Source of the DNA: the human T2T-CHM13v2.0 reference genome, Homo sapiens
Reading direction: 5' to 3' (one strand)
NCBI RefSeq assembly: GCF_009914755.1
Contig: NC_060928.1
DNA: 64,000 nucleotides
The position numbers and the translations under genes were made by a program. The notes beneath the pieces were generated by a model. That model made no database searches. It was not told the origin of the DNA and was given only the letters and a program-made list of their open reading frames with translations. Shown piece after piece: positions 12,979-25,399 of the stretch; within the stretch, counting starts at the first letter, position 1, and each line of letters opens with the position of its first letter.

Positions 12979-13826
12979 ACTCATTCATCCACCCACCTGA
13001 ACATCCATCCACCCATCCATCCACCTATGTACCATTGATCCACCCATCATCCATGATATAATCATCCATCCATCCATCCATCCATCCATCCATCATCCAT
13101 CCATGCATACATGCATCCATCCATCCTCCATCCACTCATCCATCATCCACCCACCCATCCACCCATCCACTCATCCATTATACACCCACCCATCCACCCA
13201 TCCACTCATCCATCATCCACCCACCCATCCACCTATCCACTCATCCATTATCCATCATCCGTGATATATCCACCATCCACCCATCCATCCACTCACTTGA
13301 ACATCCATCCACCCATCCATCATCCATCCATCTATTATCCATCCACCCATTCAACCACCCATCCATCCATCATCCACCCACCTTAATGTCCACCCATGCG
13401 TCCATCCATCTACCCATCCACCCACCCATCCATCATCCATTCACCCATTCATCATCCATCCGCCCATCCACTCATCCATCCATCTATCCATCATCCACTC
13501 ATCCATCCATCTATCCATCATCCACTCATCCATCCATCTATCCATCATCCACTCATCCATCCATCTATCCATCATCCACTCATCCATCCATCTATCCATC
13601 ATCCACTCATCCATCCATCATCCATCATCCACTCATCCATCCATCATCCATGTTACACCCATGCAACCACCTATCATCCACCCATACATCCACCCACCTT
13701 AACCTCCATCGACACATGCATCCATCCATCTACCCATCCACCCACCCATCCATCATCCATCCACCCATCCATTATCCATTCACCCATCCATTATCTACCC
13801 ATCGTCTGTCACCCATCCATTCATCT
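12979..13826. repeat. Degenerate (CCAT)n array with an embedded 27-bp x5 minisatellite (about 13465-13615)
   Basis: ctat recurs at 13484, 13511, 13538, 13565 and 13592 (period 27). Confidence 0.95.
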
Positions 13827-15574
13827 GTCTAAACAGGTATTTCCTCCCCCCTCACTTGCCCTTGTCAAACCATCAATCTTTCTGGGGCCATGCTGCGTGT
13901 CTCGGGAAGACTGTGCTCACCTCAGGCTTTGTGTTGTGTGGTTTGTGTGAGTGGTTTGTAAGTGTGTTGTGTGTGTGTGGTGTGTTGTGTATGCATGTTC
14001 ATGGGCAGAGGCCTCCAGGAGCACCCACACACGGGCAGGGATGTTTGCCCTCCCTTCACACTGTCCGCCACTCCCCTCTCTCACTCAGCCCCTGCTCTCT
14101 GTAGGAGCGGGATTTCTCCTCCGTCCAGGTGGGGGTGGTTTCTGATACCTTGGCCTGGCCTCCTGCTCTCACCATCTGTGCCCAGGGGCAGGTCCTTGTC
14201 CTGGAGCCCCCACACAATGAGGGCCCCTGAATGAGGGTGGGGGGTCAGCAGGGTGCCCCGTTTCCTGACCCTGCTGCCTGGGGAGGCTCCCAGCTGAGCA
14301 GGAGCTGAGAGAGGCCCTTCGCACTTGCTGGCCTGGCTGTTAGCTCAGAGCCCAGCCTGGAGCTGCACATGGGCTCTGCTGTGTACCGGGGGTGGTGGGG
14401 CAGGGTGGTTGGCACCCTTGCCTCCAGCAGCACCCAGGCTGCAAGTTCCCCAGGTTGTGAAGACCAAAGAGAGAAGAAAAGCAGGGACTTCCTTTATTTT
14501 TTGGGGGAGGTTTCTCATGGGAGCGGCCTTGGGCACCAGCCTAAGGGGCTGAGAGACAGGCTAGCGTGTGGAGCGCGGAGAGCAAGGCTGGGCAGAGAGG
14601 CATCTTCTCAGGGTGCCTCGCCCTGGGGGCCCAGCGGCAGGTTACAGAAGGGAAGGGTCCTCGTCACTCCTCGCGGAGTCGAGGGTTGCGTGGTCTGGGA
14701 AGGCCGGGGGCGAGGACTGTGTCTTCCTGACCTCCTGGAGTGTGGAGACAGAGCTGAGGATGCCTGTGGGTTCTGCTCAGGGACTGGGGCCCACATGTGG
14801 GAGACAGCCTCACAGACCCAAGACCTTGAGAGCAGACCCTGCTCCCCAAGCCCACTCTGCATGTGGGGTGTCCCCAGGGTCCCACGGAGCTCTGGAGTCA
14901 TGGAGTCACCTTGCCTTAATTAGCTCTTGGTGCTGTTTGAGTTTACTTAAAGGGTGTAGGGCAGGAGGAGGCAGTGACTGTGGGGGTTTGAGAGGATTTT
15001 GGAGGACAGATCTAGGGGTGGGGGTCCCTGAGGGGTTCAGGGCGGGCATCCCTGTGTGTATGATGGACCGAGGGCAGGGAGTGCAATGCCACTGTCCCAG
15101 GCCACTGGGCAGGAGGACTCTGCCTCCCCTCTGGGATTGTTCATTTCAGAGACCCTGGCCTCCTGGCAGTGAAGCTGCAGGTCTCAGTGCATCAGAGATT
15201 TCGGGTTTCTCTCCCTGCCCACCTGGGAGAGGTGTGGGCAGACCCCGGAGGCTTAGCCAGTGGGGAGGAGGGGTGGGCCTATCTGCAGGTTGCCACAGCA
15301 ACAGCTACTTCTTTCCCACAAGGCTCCAGGCTGGGAGACAGCAGAGGGCCTCTGTGGTGACCCTCCAGGCCCCAAGACCTGATCCCAGGCAGGGGAACAG
15401 GCTCTAGGTTCTGGGGAGGGGCTGGTCCAGTGGAGGGTGGGGAGGGAACTTCAGGCAGGCTCCCCATAGCTCAGTCCAGAGGTCCGAGAGATCTGGGGGA
15501 GAAGGATGGGATGGAGGGTCTATTCTAGGGGTGTAAATGCCCCAATCCCTGAGGAAAGGGGTGCTCTGATGGAG

Positions 15575-16470
15575 AACAACACACATGCCACACACTCATG
15601 CAGACATCATACAGCACATGCAGCATACATGCAAACACACCACACACACTATGCACACCACACATGGCACATGCATCAGACATGCAACACACCACACACA
15701 TGACAGGACACACACAGCACACACACCATACAAGCAACACACCACACACATCACATACACCACACACAGCACATGTTTCATACATGCACCACAACACACA
15801 CAGAACACACACCACACACGGCATATGCCACACACCCAGCACATACATCATACATTCAACACACCACACACATCATATGCCACACACAGCACATGCATCA
15901 TGCATGCAAACACACCACACACAGCACACATGGCACATACATCAGACATGCAAACACAACACACAGCACACATGGAACATGCATCAGACATGCAAACACA
16001 ACACACACAGCACACATGGAACATGCATCAGACATGCAAACACACCACACATACCACACATGGCATATGCATCAGACATGCAAACACACCACACACAGCA
16101 CACATGGCACATGCATCAGACATGCAAACACACCACACACAGCACACATGGCACATGCATCAGACATGCAAACACACCACACACAGCACACATGGCACAT
16201 GCATCAGACATGCAAACACACCACACACAGCACACACGGCACATGCATCAGACATGCAAACACACCACACACAGCACACACGGCACATGCATCAGACATG
16301 CAAACACACCACACACAGCACACACGGCACATGCATCAGACATGCAAACACACCACACACAGCACACACGGCACATGCATCAGACATGCAAACACACCAC
16401 ACACAGCACACACGGCACATACATCAGACATGCAAACACACCACACACAGCACACACGGCACACACGCAT
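15575..16470. repeat. CA-rich minisatellite; homogeneous 44-bp unit (GCACATGCATCAGACATGCAAACACACCACACACAGCACACA[T/C]G), about 12-13 copies in 15890-16465
   Basis: tcag recurs at 15984, 16028, 16072, 16116, 16160, 16204, 16248 and on to 16424 (period 44). Confidence 0.95.
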
Positions 16471-16478
16471 ACTGCTGT

Positions 16479-16480
<2 letters not shown>

Positions 16481-16524
<44 letters not shown>
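16481..16524. repeat. Perfect (AC)22 microsatellite
   Basis: Directly visible. Confidence 0.95.
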
Positions 16525-16526
<2 letters not shown>

Positions 16527-16906
16527 CACAACACAGAACGGAGTCTCAGCCACACGGGCCAGAGTCTGGGTTGGAGGAGGGCTCCCCTACCCAGTGACTC
16601 TGCCCCTGGGCTCTGCCCCTCCCATCCTCAGCTTCTCCAGCCAGTCACCAGGAACTTATCCTGAACCACCGGCTGGCAGACAGCCAGGGTCCAGGCCTAA
16701 GGTTCTGCCTCCTAAACTCTTCTTTCTGTGGCCTTTTGCCCTCTCTCCCGCCCCCGGATCGAGGCCTCTGCCATCTCTCTCCTGGACGATGAACTACAGT
16801 GGCCTCCGACAGGTTTCTCGGCCTCCCACCTCCCTGCAGCCCAGCTCCCTGTCACTTGCTGATGGCCCCTGCTGCCCTGGGATGCAGTCCAACTTCTCAG
16901 GCCGGT

Positions 16907-17298
16907 GTGGCAGATGGCATAATTGGCCACAATTTTTCACTCTGCCCTGCATCCAGGCCCTCTGCCAGGAGACCGTTCCTCCCTCAGAAGGAGGAATGCG
17001 TGTCCTGGCCCTGAACTGGGCTCACCCCGGGGCACGTGGGCGGAGGAGAGAGTGTGCAGGCCCGGGGCCTGGGCCTACAGAGGTGGAGGGTTTTCTACTC
17101 TCCCCAGCACCTTCGCCATTGCTGAGGGAAGCAGCTCGTCCCCACCAGCCCCCAGTCCACGAAGGAGAAGCAACAAGGGGACACCCCAGACCCAACGGCT
17201 CCAGCCAGCCAGCCTCCCGGCGCAGCCCAGATAAATTACTGCATTGCGCGCCGTCGAGATTTCACAGGTGCTTGTTGGCTGCAGGGGCTGACTGCTAT
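16907..17298 (+). mobile_element. Old MLT1 (H/I/J-like) LTR
   Basis: Starts tgtggcagatggcataattggccacaa; ends with an ataaa...gagattt...gcttgtt...gctgact terminus typical of MLT1. Confidence 0.6.
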
Positions 17299-17546
17299 GG
17301 GGCCCTGCACCCAGCTCCAGCCTCCTGGGCAGCCTGCACGTCACAGACTGCTGTCTGCCCAAGTGCCCACTGCGGCCTCCACTTGTCCAGAAATGTTCAG
17401 TGAATACCTCCTCACTCCACATCTCCCTGCCCCCCCGGGAGGTGGGGTCAGAACTCAACGGTCAGGAAGATTGAACCAAGCCCTCATGTCGCTCCAGTTC
17501 CTCAGGCTTTGGGGAGGTGCTGGGCTCGGCGTCCTTTGAAGAGTCT

Positions 17547-17905
17547 TGTATTAGTCCGTTTTCACACTGCTGATAATGACATACCCAAGACTGGGTAATT
17601 TATGAAGAGAAAGAGGTTTAAGGGACACACAGTTCCACGTGGCTGGGGAGGCCTCACAATCCTGGTGAAAGGCGAAAGGCACGTCTTACGTGGCAGCAGA
17701 CAAAACAGAATGAGAGTCAAGCGAGAGGAGTTTCCGCTTTTAAAACCATCAGATCTCAGGACTTACTCACTACCATGAGAACGCTATGGGCAAACCGCCC
17801 CCACGATTCAATTATCTCCCACTGGGTCCCTCCCACAACACATGGGAATTATGGGAGCTGCAATTCAAGATGAGATTTGTGTGGGGACACAGCCAAACCA
17901 TTTCC
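17547..17905 (-). mobile_element. THE1B-like MaLR solo LTR
   Basis: tgtattagtccgttttcacactgctgata...ggggacacagccaaacca; near-matching TSD agtct/actct. Confidence 0.9.
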
Positions 17906-18094
17906 ACTCTCATTCTCCCCTCTCCTGACTTGGTCTCCCTGACTCTTTTTCTTTTTATGCCACCCAGGTCCTTCCTGCTGTTGAACGCGTCATTTCATGC
18001 AGGCTTCGTGGACTGGGCTCACCTTTAGGCAGTGTTTTCAGGTGGGCGGTGGGAAGGCCGCACGCCCTCCGCCTGTCCGGAGTGTCTCGCTATT

Positions 18095-18475
18095 GCTGTC
18101 TCGGCTGGCGCGTGGGTACTGGCGCGTAACCCGGCACCACAGACTGGCAGCTTCAACAGCAGAAACGTACTTTCCCCCAGCTCTGGAGGCTGGAAGTCTG
18201 AGATCAGGGGTTGTCAGGGTTGGTTTCTGTCTCCCTGGCTCGCACGCGCCGTCTTCTCCACGTGTCCTCACAGGGCTGCCCCTCTGTGCGTATCTGTGTC
18301 TTCATCTCCTCTTCCTATAAGGACACGTGTCAGATGGGATTAGGGTCACCCATGTGACCTCACTTCGTATTAATCTCCCCTATCGAGTCCCTGTCTCCAA
18401 ACACGGTCACATTCTGAAGTCCTGGGACTCAGGGCTTTGACAGATGGATTGGAGGCGGACAGAATTGCCCCAGAC
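18095..18475 (-). mobile_element. MLT1A/B-like LTR, GC-shifted
   Basis: ctctggaggctggaagtctgagatcagg...tctcctcttcctataaggacac...cacggtcacattctga. Confidence 0.8.
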
Positions 18476-18829
18476 GGCTGAGCACAAAGTTCCTGGGTCA
18501 CCGTGAACGCTGGAGATGGGGAGAGGTGGCAGGGGGGATTAGTGTGATGGCCCTCCAGGACCCCAAGCCCCATGGTGGGTGGACCTCAGGCACGGGGTCC
18601 CTTTAGGGGCAGGGGGCCTAAGGCGGCATTGAGTGGTGGGTTTCACCCCATTTCCCCAGCCTAGCTTGCCTGTCCACCTGCGGGAGTGGCGGCGGTGTGA
18701 GCTGTGGTCTCTGTTGATTGCAGGGATTCTGGTGGTGGGTCGGCGGGGTCTGTGTGAGGGCCACTTGACATGCCTCTTTAAACCAGAAGTGTTTTCCTAA
18801 ACTCCTGGGGTTTGCGCCCCACATGTTTC

Positions 18830-19600
18830 TTTTGTCTGACTTTAAGAAATGGCATTCGCGGTTGAAGCTACAGATTGATGCCCAGTGACAGTTTGGGCTC
18901 TGTCTCGTTTGCTACGTAGTATGCTTATATTTATTTTAGTACAAACGATACGTCATTGTATGTCCTCTTTGCTCCCTTACTTTTATATTTCTAAGCAGTT
19001 GGCTTCTTTGTTTAAACTTTTATGATTTGTAGCTCCATTGCATTACGAGAAAGCAAGAGTGGTGTAAATTTTGCATTTTAAATATTTACTTAGATTTACT
19101 TTGCGTCTAAATGGTTGCAGTAGGCATCCCTGTGCCAGGCGCTCCTGCAACGCCAAAGCCCTGCTCATCTTGTCTTCCCACCCCTCGCTGGACTCATGTA
19201 TTATGGCCTTCAGAGTGGACCTAATCCCTTCCCCCATATTTATAAAGATTTCCCTTTTTTTTGGTGTTTTGCTGCTGTCTTGGTGAGTTCACAAATGCTG
19301 CTTACTGTTAGCACTCCATCTTTATTTGCATATGTGAAGATTATAAAATGATTCCTGATGTAACAGTGAATGCTTCCTGTTGTAAATTCAATTTTGCAAT
19401 ACTAATGTGCCAGCCCCAGCTTTCTTGACTTTTACTGTAGTCTGTGATTTTTTTCATCTTTTCATTTTAAACCTTTCTGTGTTATTTTGCTTTATGAAGT
19501 CTCTTATAAGTGGTAAGACATTAGACTGGTCTTTTTTTTTTTGTAATCAGAAATCCTTTATATTTACATAATTCTACCTGGTATTTGGAATGAGTGTGTC
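18830..19600 (-). mobile_element. Old L1M (ORF2 5' region) and AT-rich LINE-derived DNA
   Basis: 19390-19560 (ccagctttcttga...tttaaacctttctgtgt...tctcttataag) resembles the antisense start of the L1 endonuclease; the rest is AT-rich and less certain. Confidence 0.55.
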
Positions 19601-19607
19601 ATATTGA

Positions 19608-20324
19608 CCTCTCGTCCTTCCCCTCCCCCTCTTCCCCCTCCTTCCCTCCCTTCTTCCCTCCTGTCCCTCCCTTCCCCTCCCAGTCTCCCTTCCTTCTTCC
19701 CTCCCGTCCCTTTCTTCCTCTACCTTCTTCCCTCCTATCCCTCTCTTCCCCTCCCCTCCTTCCCTTCCCCTCTCTCCCTTCCCTCCCTTCCCTTCCCCTC
19801 CCTCCCTCTCTTCTTTTCTTCCTCCCTCCCTTCCCCTCCCCTCCCTCCCTTCTTCCCTCTCATCCCATTCCTTCCTTCCTTCTTCCCTCCCATCTCTCAC
19901 TTCCCCTCCCTCCCATCCCTCTCTTCCTCCTTCCCTCCCCTCCCTCCCTTCTTCCCTCCTGTCCTTCCATCCCCTCTCCTCCCTTCCTTCCTTTTCCCTC
20001 CCATTCCTCCCTTCCCCTCCTCTTCCCTCCCTCCTTTCCCCTCCCAGCCCTCCCTTCCTTCTTCCCTCCCATCCCTCCCTTCCCCTCCCCTCCTTCCCTT
20101 CTCCTCCCTCCTCCCTCCCTTCTTCCTTCTTGCCCCTCCCTTCCTTCCCCTCCCTTCTTCCCTCCCCTCCCTCCTTTCCTTCCCACCTCCCATCCCTCCC
20201 TTCTTCCTTCCCCTCCCTCCTTTCTTCCCTCCCATCCCTCCCTTCTCCTCCCTTCCCTCCCTTCTCCCCCCCTCCCTATCTTCCTTTTTCCCTCCCATTC
20301 CTCCCTTCCCCTCCCCCCCTTCCC
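19608..20324. repeat. ~720 bp polypyrimidine (CT-rich) tract
   Basis: Almost exclusively C/T on the + strand. Confidence 0.95.
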
Positions 20325-20325
20325 G

Positions 20326-20631
20326 GACAATGAGACGGCTGACCTGCACCCATCATGACTGTCTAAGGGACCACCTTCTTCCTGTTGACCACCTCCTCTT
20401 CTTTGCACCCCCCAATTCTTGTTTTTCTACATGTGGTTACTTTTCTTCCCTGCTCTATAAACCCCTAAATTTAGCCAGTTGAGGAGATGGATTTCAGAAT
20501 GAGCTCCTACCTCCTCAGCTGCGCACCTGCATGAAGCCTTCCTTCTTCCCTGCAGTATTCATTGTCTTGGTGACTGGCTTTCTGTGCAGTGAGCAACAAG
20601 ACCAACATCAAACTCCTGGTGTTTCAGTCAC
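20326..20631 (+). mobile_element. MER39-like ERV1 LTR, 3' half
   Basis: tataaacccc...gagatggattt...tggctttctgtgcagtgagcaac...ctggtgtttcagtcaca terminus. Confidence 0.75.
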
Positions 20632-21195
20632 ATTTTTTCTGTCCATATATTTCTTCTTTTAAAAAATCTGTAATGATTTAGAAGGCAGATATCGTGTTTT
20701 TGAAACAGTCTTAAACTTATATTTGTCTAACAATGAAAGATTAAACAATGACATTTGACTCCCTTTTATGGAAAACAGAGAACTTAATGCTGCTCCTCCT
20801 TGTTATCTTCATCCCTTTCCTAAGTGCATTAATTTCCTCTGAATTTACAAACCTCATACTTTTTACTTGAAATTTTAAACCCCTTAAAGTTTTCCAATGC
20901 GTTCCACTTTGTTGGCATTGTTATAACTGTATTTTAAATTTGTGTGAGCAGCAGCCTTTCTCACAAGAGTTGTGAATGCTTTGATTCTCTTATTTTTACC
21001 TGGCCTATCATTCCAGCCCAATTCTTTCTATGGTGATGTCCCTGCTGTCCTGTTTGGTATTTTGAAGGATTCCGTTCAAGCAGCTTTTACAGAAGAGGCG
21101 ACAGGTGCAGCCATCTGGAGCTTTTAGAAATGGCCAGAAAGTTCTCAGGTCCTAGGGTTTCCCACACAGATATGCCAGTATCAGTTATCCCATGG

Positions 21196-21569
21196 TGTAT
21201 TAGTCCTTTCTCACGCTGCTGTAAAGAACTGCCTGAGACTGGGTAATTTATAAAGGAAAGAGATTTAATTGACTCACAGTTCTTCATGGCTGGGGAGGGC
21301 TAGGGAAACTTACAATCATGGTGGAAGGGGAAGAAAACGTGTCCTTATTCACATGATGGCAGGAAGGAGAAGTGCTGAGCAAAGAGGAAAAAGCCCATTA
21401 TAAAACCATCAGATCTTGTGAGAACTCACTCTCTATCATGAGAACAGCATGAGAGTAACCACCTCCATGATTTAATTACCTCCTACCAGGTCCCTCCCAC
21501 ACTACTTGGGGATCATGAGAGCTACAATTCACGATGAGATTTGGGTGGGGACACAGCGGAACCATATCA
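21196..21569 (-). mobile_element. THE1C/D-like MaLR solo LTR with perfect 5-bp TSD CATGG
   Basis: tgtattagtc...accatatca, flanked by catgg at 21191-21195 and 21570-21574. Confidence 0.92.
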
Positions 21570-22288
21570 CATGGTCTGGAGGCATCTTTTATTTCAGCAG
21601 ACACATTTGAAGACAACTTAATTTTAGCTTATTTGAAGATAATCTGTTGACTTTTGTCCTCTTGGGAGCTTTTCTGATGCCCTGTTTTTCCTGAAGTGCA
21701 AACTTCAGTGTAGCACAACACCCTCTGGCATTATTGCTCTCTCTGCATTATTTTTTTGCTCAGCATTTTCAATTTCTCCACCTGGAAAGTTTTCTTCTAT
21801 TATGTTTTTGGCTGCTACTTCTGCTCCCTTCTTCATTTTCTCCTCAGGAGCATCTGCTGTGTGTGGTTTGGCTCTGTAAGACCTTCACATCCAACCTGCC
21901 TCTGTTCCTGACTTTTCACTTCTATATTTTAATTTCGCTTGCGATTTGGAAGTGTTTCTCAAATTTTTCTGTTGTACCACGACTTTGCTTTTCTGCAGCT
22001 GCAAGTCTGCCATTTACACTGAAGATTTTACAGCAGCTGTTGTGTTTCTTGTTCACAGAGGAGAGTATTGGTCTTGCCTTGAGCTCTGAGGGAGAAATCA
22101 AGTTTCAGCCTTGAGAGTATGATGAAATGAAAGGGCCTCCACAGATAATGATCTTGTCCTGGTCAGCATTACCCAGCCTCCAGCGACAGACAGTTTTAAA
22201 TCCTGATGAAATTCAGATTCCTGCCTCTGTGAAGGATAAAGCAGCAGAGTTACCGGCTCTTCCATTTTCCTTAATGAATGTCAGGAGT

Positions 22289-22720
22289 TGTCTTAGTTGG
22301 CTCTCTTTGCCATAAGGAAATGCCACAGACTGGGCAGCTCCAACAGCAGACATTTATCCCTCACACTTCGGGAGACCAGGAGTGCAGGATCTTGGGGCCA
22401 GAAGGGCTGAGACTGGCAGTGCAGGATCCATAGGCCAGTAGGGCTAGCATCTGGGGAGGGCTCTTCCCTGGGCTGTGGGCGGCCGCCTTCTTACTGTGTC
22501 CTCACAAGGCCTGTCCTCTGAGTGTGAGGGAGTGGGGGGAGAGAGAGCTCTCTGGTGTCTCTTCTTCTAAGGACACTCATCCTGTTGGATTGCACTCCAC
22601 CCTCATAATCTCATTGAACCTTAATTACTTCCTTAGAGGCACCAGCTCCAACTATAGCCACACTAACGGATAGGGTTCAATGTATACATTTTGGGGGGAC
22701 CCAAATATTTGGTTCCTAAG
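22289..22720 (-). mobile_element. MLT1A-like LTR with an internal 37-bp duplication (22372-22445)
   Basis: tgtcttagtt...gagagagctctctggtgtctcttcttctaaggacact...ttttggggggac. Confidence 0.85.
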
Positions 22721-22795
22721 AGGAGCTGAGCAAGATGCTCCTCAGGGAAGAAGAAACAGAGAGGACCAGGTCACAGGCACCTGAGCCCCAGGCAT

Positions 22796-23440
22796 TATTA
22801 TTGGTGGAAGGTGTTCAGTTTCTTGGCATTTTGAACAAAGACTTGGACAAAATGCACAAACCAAGCAAGGAAAGAAGCAGAGATTTATTGAAAATGAAAG
22901 TACACTCTACAAGGTGGGGGGCAGCAGCAGAGATTTATTGAAAATGAAAGTACACTCTACAAGTTGGGAGCCGGCTGAGCACAGGGGCTCAAGAGCCCCG
23001 TTACAGAATTTTCTGGCATTTAAATACCCTCTAGAAATTTCCCATTCGTTACTGGGTGTACACCCTATGTAAATGAGGTAATGGCTGGCAATCAGTCTGA
23101 TTGAGAAGCCGCCAATCAGAGGCTGAAGTGACGTTACAAAGGTTACACCCTATGCAAGCGTCTGATTGGTTGTGAAAGCAACCAGTTAGAGGCTAAAGTG
23201 AAGTTACAAAGTTACACTCCTATGCAAATATCTGATTGGTTGCAGAAAGTTACCAATCAGAGGTAGTTTCAATTTTCAATCTGCAAAGCAGAAAAGGAGG
23301 GGGGTTTGCAAAGGGAATAGCCCCTGGTCCTTCTGTTACTTAGGTGTGGAAAGTTGAGGTTTTCCTTTTGATTTAGCTCTAGGAAGTCAGCGTGAATTGG
23401 CCTCAGGTTCCCTGCCTCCAGACCCTATTCTCCTGCCTCA
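22796..23440 (-). mobile_element. MER51-like ERV1 solo LTR with multiple CCAAT boxes
   Basis: Reverse complement starts TGAGGCAGGAGAATAGGGTCTGGAGGCAGGGAACC; repeated ctgattgg/ccaatcag. Confidence 0.85.
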
Positions 23441-23818
23441 GTGCAGCTGAGTGAGCCTTCTGTTTGGGTCATGCCCTAAGACCCAATCAGCTTTTGACCT
23501 TCTCCTGGGCAGGAGCCTGGGGGTGGGGGGTGGGGGAGTGGGACACAGACATTACATTCTCCTGAGGCAAATGCCCAGGACATGAGGACAGTCTGCCTTG
23601 CATGGGCTGCAGGCCCCTCTCCCTTTCTCTCCACTGCACCCACGTCTAGGCCTCCTTTCCAAGGATCCAGAGCACTTTGAGTGAGGAGGAAGCAAGGCAT
23701 GTATAGTGCATGGAGCAGAGGCCAGGTCGTTGCCAATGTTTAATGCATATCAGCTATTTTTATTGTGAATTCAAACACACTTTTATTGGAGTATAAGGTG
23801 TGTTATAGACAAACACAC

Positions 23819-24240
<422 letters not shown>

Positions 24241-24244
24241 GAAA

Positions 24245-25280
24245 CTTCTGCCTCAGGTGACTGCCCCATTGACTCTCTCACCAGCAGCTGCAAGACAGTT
24301 CTAGTTGTTCCATATCCTTGCCAACACCTATTATTTTCTGTCTCCTTATTTTAGTCATGCTGGTAGGTGTGTAAGTGGATTACACTGTAGTTTCAATTTG
24401 CATTTTCCTGATGATTAATGGTGTCAAACACTTTTTTGTATATTGCTTGGCCATTTGAATTGCTTCTTTTGCGAAGCATCTGTGCAAGTATTTTTCCCCT
24501 TTTCTGTGGGATATCAATCTTATTTTTGTTGGTTTACATGAGTTCTTCATATGTTTTGGTTAAGAGTCCTTTTTCAGATATATGAATTGCAGTTCTCATA
24601 ACAGTGTCTTTTGATGATATGAAGTTTTTTGTTGTTGTTGTTTTGTCTCGTTTGTTGAGACAGGGTCTCGCTCTGTCACCCAGGCTGGAGTAAAGTGCTG
24701 CGATCTTGGCTCACTGCAACCTTGACCTCCCAGGCTTCAGCAATCCTCATGCCTCAGGCTCCTGAGTATCTGGAACTACAGGTGTGCACCACCACAGCTG
24801 GATAATTGTTGTAATTTTTGTGGAGACAGGGTTTTGGCATGTTGCCCTGGCTGGTCTCAAACTCCTGGGCTCAAGTGATTTGCCCACCTTGGCCTCCCAC
24901 AAATGCAGGGTTAATGATTTGTGTTTTGTTTAAGAAATCTTTGCTTAAGCTGAGGTCATGAAGTTTTTTTTGTGTTTTCCTCTAAAAGCATGATTGTGTT
25001 CCCTTTTGCATTTAGATCTCCAGGCCATCTGAAATTTATTTTTGTATGTGGTGTGAGGCAGGGGTAAGGCTGCTTTCTTTTTTCCATTTGGATATCCAGT
25101 CGACTCAGCAATGGAAAAGACCACACCCCACCAGCCCCCCAGCCCCACATCTCAGACTTGTCTTTGTTATAGATCAGGTGACTGCACAAATGGCGGTGGC
25201 TTCCGGACTCTCTCTTAGGTTCTGCCCGTCAATTTGCCTATCCTTATACCAATGCCACACTGTCTTAATTTCTTGTTATT
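24245..25280 (-). mobile_element. L1M ORF2 3' region, interrupted by an Alu
   Basis: catatccttgccaacac...tttgcattttcctgatgattaatg...tttgtatgtggtgtgaggcagggg...tggatatccagt are antisense L1 hallmarks. Confidence 0.8.
24625..24910 (-). mobile_element. AluJ, 5'-truncated
   Basis: ttgagacagggtctcgctctgtcacccaggctggag...aactcctgggctcaagtgat...ttggcctccca. Confidence 0.9.
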
Positions 25281-25399
25281 GTTTTCAAGGGTGATCTACT
25301 TGTTTGGTTCTCCTTGGTGGATCAGGTGGTCTCGGATACACTTTTCCCTTGATTTTAGTTTCAGAGCCCTGAACCATTTTGTTAGAACTCCATCATATC

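Noticed and set aside
15598-17403. 601-aa ORF, the longest in the track
   Set aside because: The first half is the CA-rich 44-bp VNTR (period not a multiple of 3, stop-poor in all frames) and the second half runs through an MLT1 LTR; no domain or coding signature.
17639-17651. PRDM9 hotspot motif in the THE1B LTR
   Set aside because: The minus strand reads CCTCCCCAGCCAC, lacking the T of the hot CCTCCCTAGCCAC variant.
19574-20482. Pro/Ser/Leu-rich and Gly/Arg/Glu-rich ORFs
   Set aside because: A polypyrimidine tract cannot encode stop codons, so this is a low-complexity artefact.
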